Assembly (NCBI GenBank): GCA_963736005.1
Contig: CAVTNB010000001.1
Coordinates: 160,001 to 224,000, forward strand
Length of the DNA stretch: 64,000 nucleotides
Reading direction: 5' to 3'
DNA from: an uncultured Pseudomonadota bacterium
GTDB lineage: Bacteria > Vulcanimicrobiota > Vulcanimicrobiia > Eremiobacterales > Eremiobacteraceae
Below the pieces are notes generated by a model. It did no database searches, was not told where the DNA came from, and saw nothing but the letters and a program-made list of their open reading frames with translations. Of the stretch, positions 58,466 to 64,000 are shown piece by piece. The translations under genes and the position numbers were made by a program. Position 1 is the first letter of the stretch. Every line of letters starts with the position of its first letter.

Positions 58466-59704
58466 ATGCCGAGCTTTGCCTATCAAGCGAAAGACGCAAG
58501 CGGAAAATCCGTCAATGGCGTCATCGAAGCGGAAAACGAGCGCGTCCTGCGCGCCAAACTCCGCGAGATGAACTACTACGTCACGGGCATCACGCAGAAA
58601 CAGACCGCGGGTCTGAATGCGGATGTCCAGACGTTGTTTGGAGGCGTCATTGGCAAACTCAAGGGGGTCAGCGAACAGGCGCTTGTCGTCTTTGCGCGGC
58701 AGTTCGCCACGATGATCAACGCCGGGTTGGCGATGGTGCGATGCCTGGACGTGCTTGGCATTCAAACTGAGGACGCCCAGCTCAAGCCGGTGATCGTGCA
58801 GGTCCGCAGAGAGGTCGAAGGCGGCTCCACGCTGGCCAACGCGCTGGGCAAGTTCCCGAAAGTCTTCTCGCCGCTCTTCACCAACATGGTTCGAGCGGGC
58901 GAGCTTGGCGGTATCCTCGACGAAGTGCTCAACCGCCTTGCCGGTTTTCTTGAAAAAGACTTCAACCTCAAGAAGAAGGTGAAGTCGGCGATGACCTACC
59001 CCATGGTCATTTTGGTCATGGCTGTCGTCATCGTGTTCTTCTTGGTGACCTTCATCTTGCCGACGTTCGTCAGCCTCTTTGTCGGCATGAACATGAAGCT
59101 GCCGCTACCGACGAAGATCCTCATCGGCTTCACGGAGGGCGCGCGCAATCCGTTCATCGTCGGCATCTCATTGGTTGTTTTGATCGTCGGGTTCATTCTC
59201 TTCAAGCGCTGGACGGCGACCCAAACAGGCCGCTACCAGTTCGACAAGTTCAAATTGAAGCTGCCGGTGTTTGGCATGTTGATTCGCAAGGTCGCGATCT
59301 CGCGCTTTTGCCGCACGCTTGGTGCCTTGCTGCAATCCGGCGTTCCGATCATGCAGGCTCTGGAAATCGTCGGTAAGGCTTCCGGCAACGAAGTCATTGC
59401 GGAAACGGTGACCAAGGTGCGCGAGTCGGTGCGCGAAGGCGAGTCGATTGCCGTACCGTTGAATTTATCTGGACTGTTTCCACCGCTCGTCACGCAGATG
59501 GTCGCGGTCGGTGAGGAAACCGGTAACCTGGACGGCATGCTCAGCAAGATCGCTGACTTCTATGATGTCGAGGTCGAGTATATGCTGGCCTCGTTGACCT
59601 CGCTCTTGGAACCGCTGTTGATCTTGGCGATGGGTTTCGTTGTGGGCTTCATCGTTATCTCAGTGTTTCTGCCGCTGTATCAAATCATCGGCAACATAAA
59701 GTAG
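58466..59704 (+). CDS. pilC: Type IV pilus platform protein PilC (T2SS F family)
   Basis: FARQFATMINAG, GELGGIL, KSAMTYP, LLQSGVP, VGEETGNL and LLEPL motifs. Confidence 0.93.
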   Translation: MPSFAYQAKDASGKSVNGVIEAENERVLRAKLREMNYYVTGITQKQTAGLNADVQTLFGGVIGKLKGVSEQALVVFARQFATMINAGLAMVRCLDVLGIQTEDAQLKPVIVQVRREVEGGSTLANALGKFPKVFSPLFTNMVRAGELGGILDEVLNRLAGFLEKDFNLKKKVKSAMTYPMVILVMAVVIVFFLVTFILPTFVSLFVGMNMKLPLPTKILIGFTEGARNPFIVGISLVVLIVGFILFKRWTATQTGRYQFDKFKLKLPVFGMLIRKVAISRFCRTLGALLQSGVPIMQALEIVGKASGNEVIAETVTKVRESVREGESIAVPLNLSGLFPPLVTQMVAVGEETGNLDGMLSKIADFYDVEVEYMLASLTSLLEPLLILAMGFVVGFIVISVFLPLYQIIGNIK

Positions 59705-59708
59705 CGTC

Positions 59709-60464
59709 ATGGCGACACAGGCTGTTGCCGCGGAAGCCAGCGAGACGGAGTTCAAAGCGTACGCGCACAGCAAAACGCTTGAACTCCGGGATCGTCTTGT
59801 GGTGGCGCACATGGGCCTGGTCAAGTCCATCGTTTCCCATTACGCGCCGAATCAAGGGCAAGCACAGCGCGACGACCTCGAGCAAGTGGGTTTCGTCGGC
59901 CTCATTAAGGCGGTCGAGCGCTACGACCCAAGCCTCGGGGTCCCTTTTGAAGCCTATGCCCGGACGGTGGTCTCTGGGGAGATTTTCCACTACCTGCGTG
60001 ACCTCGCTCCCTTGCTGCGGGTGCCGCGCTGGTACCGAACGCTCAATCGCCAGCTGCATGAATCGCACGACCGACTGGTCGTCAACCTCGGACGAGAGCC
60101 GACTCTGGAAGAACTCGCGACGGACATGAACGTGCTTGTCGACGGCGTCAAGGAAATCTTGCGCCTGCGAGACTCGTACAACCTCATGTCGTTGTCGGAG
60201 CGGGGCGATCTCAGTGAGGATCGACCGCGCTTGTCGGCGATTCGCAGCACGCGCCACCAGACATTCCGGCTCCCGATCGAAGACCGCATTGTCTTAGATC
60301 GCGCGATCGAAGGCCTGGCTGAGTTCGAGCGGCGCGTGGTCGAACTGTTTTTCTATAAAGATCTCACGCAGACCGAAATCGCGCGCCGCTTAGGATTCTC
60401 GCAAAAACATATTTCGCGGACGCTCGCAAGCACGCTCCGAAAGCTTAAAGAAGAGATCCGTTGA
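59709..60464 (+). CDS. SigB/SigF/SigG family RNA polymerase sigma factor
   Basis: DDLEQVGFVGLIKAVERYDP, GEIFHYLRD, LGREPT and DLTQTEIARRLGFSQKHISR motifs. Confidence 0.9.
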   Translation: MATQAVAAEASETEFKAYAHSKTLELRDRLVVAHMGLVKSIVSHYAPNQGQAQRDDLEQVGFVGLIKAVERYDPSLGVPFEAYARTVVSGEIFHYLRDLAPLLRVPRWYRTLNRQLHESHDRLVVNLGREPTLEELATDMNVLVDGVKEILRLRDSYNLMSLSERGDLSEDRPRLSAIRSTRHQTFRLPIEDRIVLDRAIEGLAEFERRVVELFFYKDLTQTEIARRLGFSQKHISRTLASTLRKLKEEIR

Positions 60465-61936
60465 CCCAAGCGACCCCTCGATTAACGCGAGTCAGTACTG
60501 ACTTGGGTTGGTTCGGCTTGAGCCTTGCCTTGCTTATCGGTGTCGTGACGCGTTTCTGGCACCTGGGCGCGGCCAGCCTCTATACGGACGAGGCGTTTAC
60601 CTTTGCGATGGGTGGCTTTGGCGTACCCGCGCTGCTGCATAACCTGACGACGAGCGACTTTCACCCACCGCTTTTCTACCTCCTGACGCACTATCTCATG
60701 AAGCTGCACTGGCCACTGTGGGATTACCGCTACGTGACGGCGCCATTTGGCATCTTGACGATCGTTGCAACCTGGGGCGCCGCGCGGCGAATGTTTGACA
60801 GCTCGGTTGCAACGCTGTCAGCTGTCATGGTCGCGCTTTCACCAGCGCTCATCGTCTACGACCGGATGTTTCGGATGTACGCAGTGCTTGTTGCCCTTGC
60901 TACGCTCTCATGGTGGGTGTTGGTCGAAGCCGAGCAGGCGGTGGGCCGCAAGCGCACGATGCTCTGGGTGACCTATGCAGCAGTCGCGGTCATCTTAGCG
61001 TACACGCACTACCTTGGTTTTCTCATGCTGGCGTGTCAGGCGGTCTACTCGGCCTCTCGATTTCGTACAAATAAGCCGGCTTTCTTTGGCTACGCGCTGG
61101 TTTTGGTATCGTACGCTCCGTGGGTGGGTCATCTACGGCAGCAGTTGCCGCTCGGCGGGCTCGCCTTGAGTCGCCCGGGCTTTGATGCGGGGCTGGCGGC
61201 AAGTTTGCGTGACGCCTTCGCGATGGGGACACCCGACTCGCTGCTCTCATGGCCCGGGGGCGCTTGGATTCCTTTTCTTGTCGTCGCGGTGGTTGTAGTC
61301 GCGGCAAGCTGGCTCGCGTGGCGAAGCGCGCTCCCATTTTGGGTGGCAGCTCTTCCGCTTGCAATTGTTGCGTCGGTCGTACTTGGCACAAACCTTGCGT
61401 ATTTTCCAAGGTATCTGCTGATCGACATTCCGCCCGTGGCGATCGGAGTCGGTGTGATCGTGCGGTCGATTGCCACCCACCAGGCGCGAATCTTTGCCTG
61501 GGCAGTTGCTGTGGCGAGCATTGCTTTCTTGGCGGTGGGTGCCCAAAATGTTTTGCTCGACCCGTATTATCAGTTTCCCAACTGGTACGCGGTGAATGCG
61601 TTGATGCTTCAGGGCGAACAGCCAGCTGACGCGATCGTCCTTGACGCCGGCTACGAGCGGCTTGTGGTGCAAAACTATACCGCGTTTCGCGGTCGCGCGC
61701 TCCTGAGTTTTATGAATCCAACAGATTTCACCCCAATCCTGGGGTGGATTCGCGATCATCCACGCGCGCGAGTCTGGTACATCGAGCATCAATACGTGTA
61801 TTGGGACCCCAATCGGCGAATCGCACTTGCCTTAGCACACGACCGGCCACAGTTGCTCCAGCAACATTTTGCGCGCCAAGCAGCGGTCAACGACGTGACC
61901 GTGCTGCTCTTTGACAAAGTGCCGATGACGAAGTAG
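60461..61936 (+). CDS. GT-C fold glycosyltransferase (PMT_2/GT39-like)
   Basis: SLYTDEAFT, DFHPPLFY, FRMY, YTHY and PRY motifs. Overlaps the sigma factor stop. Confidence 0.8.
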   Translation: MTQATPRLTRVSTDLGWFGLSLALLIGVVTRFWHLGAASLYTDEAFTFAMGGFGVPALLHNLTTSDFHPPLFYLLTHYLMKLHWPLWDYRYVTAPFGILTIVATWGAARRMFDSSVATLSAVMVALSPALIVYDRMFRMYAVLVALATLSWWVLVEAEQAVGRKRTMLWVTYAAVAVILAYTHYLGFLMLACQAVYSASRFRTNKPAFFGYALVLVSYAPWVGHLRQQLPLGGLALSRPGFDAGLAASLRDAFAMGTPDSLLSWPGGAWIPFLVVAVVVVAASWLAWRSALPFWVAALPLAIVASVVLGTNLAYFPRYLLIDIPPVAIGVGVIVRSIATHQARIFAWAVAVASIAFLAVGAQNVLLDPYYQFPNWYAVNALMLQGEQPADAIVLDAGYERLVVQNYTAFRGRALLSFMNPTDFTPILGWIRDHPRARVWYIEHQYVYWDPNRRIALALAHDRPQLLQQHFARQAAVNDVTVLLFDKVPMTK

Positions 61937-61937
61937 T

Positions 61938-62171
61938 GAGGTAGGTAGTGTCGCGAATTTATTCGCGAGGTAGGTAGTATCGCGAATTTATTCGCGAGGT
62001 AGGTAGTATCGCGAATTTATTCGCGAGGTAGGTAGTGTCGCGAATTTATTCGTGAGGTAGGTAGTGTCGCGAATTTATTCGTGAGGTAGGTAGTATCGCG
62101 AATTTATTCGCGAGGTAGGTAGTGTCGCGAATTTATTCGCGAGGTAGGTAGTGTCGCGAATTTATTCGCGA
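61938..62171 (+). repeat. Tandem array of 8 x 29-bp units, each containing the family B palindrome
   Basis: Unit GAGGTAGGTAGTRTCGCGAATTTATTCGY starts at 61938, 61967, 61996, 62025, 62054, 62083, 62112 and 62141. Only two variable positions. Confidence 0.97.
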
Positions 62172-62183
62172 CGTGGGAGAAGA

Positions 62184-63674
62184 ATGGAAAACCGGCACCT
62201 ATGGTTGCGAGAGTACGGCGGGCTTGTTGTGGCGCTCGTCGTCGGCGCTCTGTGCCGTTTTTGGGACTTGACCGGTCCAAGTCTCTTCATCGACGAAGGT
62301 TTTGTCTTTCACGCAAGCGATCGCCCCGTCCACGATGTGCTCATGATGGTGGCGTACAGCGATTTTCATCCTCCGCTCTTTTATCTTGTGACGCACTACC
62401 TCACGGGGCTCTTGCACTGGCCACTGTGGGACTACCGCTATTTGACGGCAGCCTTCAGCTTGTTGGGCATTGGGGCAACCTGGGCGATAGCCCGCCGCTT
62501 CTTTGGAACGACCGCTGCGTGGATTGCTGGACTGGCGCTCGCGTTGCAACCTGCGCTCATCGAGTGGGATCGTCTTTATCGCATGTACGCGGTGCTCGTC
62601 GCCTTGGGCGCGATTTCGTGGTGGTTGCTCGTACGAGCAGGCGACGCTCGGGGAAAAAACCGCTGGCTGTGGTGGACTCTTTATGCCTGCAGCGCGATCG
62701 CGCTCCCCTACGTGCATTACGTTGGGGCACTGGTCGTGCTGAGCCAGGGCTTGTATGCGGCGACGAGGCTGCGAACGATGTGGCCGGCCTTGGTCGGGGA
62801 CGCCTCGGCGGCCATTGCGCTCATTCCATGGCTGTGGGCGATTCGAATTCAATATCCGCACGGGGGCCTCGTGATTGCCATGAGTTCCTCCGAGTTTTCT
62901 TGGCCGCACGTGATCCGAGCATCGCTTGCCTATGGCATCCCCGCGGCATGGGTCATTCGGCCTGACTTTGATCTGCTCTTCAGCATCGTTGCCATGGGTC
63001 TGCTGCTCGCGGGAATCTACGCAGCCCGCGCGTCCGTCGTCCCCTTTTGGCTCTTTCCGATCGTCATTCAAGTGGTCGCATCGTTTGCCACTGGCAAAGA
63101 TCTTGTGATCCCACGATATCTCTACGTGTACGTGCCCGCGTTCTGTATCGCTTTCGGCGCGCTGTGCGCAGCGATCGCGGGGACGAGATACCGCGTGGCG
63201 GTTACGGCACTTGCGGCCGCTTACTTTGGAGTGGCCGCGGTCAGCATCCCCAACATGTTATTTGTGCCCTTTTATCAATTCCCGGACTGGTATCAGGTCA
63301 ACACGCTGCTGCTTGCGAACGAGCATAAATACGACCTGATTGTCCTCGACCAAGGCGCGGAATATTGGGTCGTCTATCAGTTTAGTGGTTTTTCCGGTCA
63401 CCAAATCGACGCGCCCGCGCTCCCGTCGGATCTGCCCCTCACGATGCGTTGGCTGGACGGCTATCCCAAACGTCGAGTTTGGTATATCGAAAACCAACCC
63501 GGTTTTACCGATCCGCATCGCACCCTCGAGCGCCATTTGGATGTGGAGCGCCGCCCCTTGCGCATGTGGCGGCAAAACAGAATTTTCACCGAGGATGTCG
63601 TGCGGATTATTCTTTACGGCCCGCGCGTTGTCGCCGCTGGTAAGAAAAGAGTGGTGACGACCGCATCTCCATAA
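62184..63674 (+). CDS. GT-C fold glycosyltransferase, paralog of 60461..61936
   Basis: SLFIDEGFV, SDFHPPLFYLVTHYL, HWPLWDYRY, YRMY and YQFPDWY shared with the upstream paralog. Confidence 0.8.
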   Translation: MENRHLWLREYGGLVVALVVGALCRFWDLTGPSLFIDEGFVFHASDRPVHDVLMMVAYSDFHPPLFYLVTHYLTGLLHWPLWDYRYLTAAFSLLGIGATWAIARRFFGTTAAWIAGLALALQPALIEWDRLYRMYAVLVALGAISWWLLVRAGDARGKNRWLWWTLYACSAIALPYVHYVGALVVLSQGLYAATRLRTMWPALVGDASAAIALIPWLWAIRIQYPHGGLVIAMSSSEFSWPHVIRASLAYGIPAAWVIRPDFDLLFSIVAMGLLLAGIYAARASVVPFWLFPIVIQVVASFATGKDLVIPRYLYVYVPAFCIAFGALCAAIAGTRYRVAVTALAAAYFGVAAVSIPNMLFVPFYQFPDWYQVNTLLLANEHKYDLIVLDQGAEYWVVYQFSGFSGHQIDAPALPSDLPLTMRWLDGYPKRRVWYIENQPGFTDPHRTLERHLDVERRPLRMWRQNRIFTEDVVRIILYGPRVVAAGKKRVVTTASP

Positions 63675-64000
63675 GCGGCTTCGGTTGATCGCCACGAGAC
63701 GCTGCGAGGGTGGCTTCGCAACAATGCATTGAATGCCAATCGGTTGGGGTCCGGTAGCTCCGTCTGGTAACCGATGTACCAAATTCTCGGCAAGCGCGCC
63801 GCCTGCGCACCGTAGCGAGCAGCCTCGGCTTGATTGGTCACCAAAAACATGGGGCGATCGCGCGTCGCCTTGGTGCCGACAAGCACGTAATACACCATGG
63901 ACCCATCAAAAACGACCCCGTCTTTTGGCTTCATCCTCGCGTCGAGAAATTTGCCGTACTCGGTCCAATCGACAGGCATGTACGATGACAGGAAGTGTTT
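63614..64000 (-). CDS. C-terminal fragment of a probable further GT-C glycosyltransferase (5' end outside the window)
   Basis: Frame is open to the edge. PVDW...KPKDGVVFDG...RIWYIGYQ...DPNR resembles the C-terminal domains of the two adjacent GTs. Confidence 0.55.
   Translation of the reverse strand, partial: KHFLSSYMPVDWTEYGKFLDARMKPKDGVVFDGSMVYYVLVGTKATRDRPMFLVTNQAEAARYGAQAARLPRIWYIGYQTELPDPNRLAFNALLRSHPRSVSWRSTEAAYGDAVVTTLFLPAATTRGP

Noticed and set aside
61951..61968. parS or dif site
   Set aside because: TCGCGAATTTATTCGCGA does not match the parS (TGTTTCACGTGAAACA) or dif consensus, and it carries the GTAG tag like the other repeats.
61938..62171. CRISPR array
   Set aside because: The units are directly adjacent with a constant linker and no unique spacers. 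No cas genes are in the window.

Overview
GC-rich bacterial chromosome segment. Gene order is Terrabacteria-like, and the gene content tentatively suggests Candidatus Eremiobacterota (inference only). It is mostly housekeeping. Left to right it holds: a class II ribonucleotide reductase (nrdJ) carrying two inteins only 11 codons apart, with tandem NrdR boxes upstream; an NAD operon (split glutaminase, nadE, two VOC genes, cinA); a permease-subtilase-permease module; leuCDB; a thiolase/acyl-CoA dehydrogenase/hbd/crotonase set; an orphan ATP-grasp-like protein; a NodIJ-like ABC exporter; csrA; an ExeA-like ATPase pair; the rpsB-tsf-pyrH-frr-cdsA-dxr-rseP-ispG-proS operon lacking uppS; an Amj-like flippase; glpX-yqeG-aroE; and a pilT-pilC-sigma factor locus among six GT-C glycosyltransferases, a GtrA flippase and an O-acyltransferase. 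The most striking non-coding signal is about 30 copies of three families of GTAG-tagged short palindromes (REP-like) with compensatory base changes. In six cases a GTAG at or next to an element supplies a gene's stop codon, and one family is amplified into an 8 x 29-bp tandem array (61938-62171) between two paralogous glycosyltransferases. Also noted are two candidate non-canonical start codons (ATT, CTG), a 23-aa transmembrane small ORF between pilT and pilC, and three single-base frameshifts that may be assembly errors. No rRNA, tRNA, CRISPR or transposase was found.
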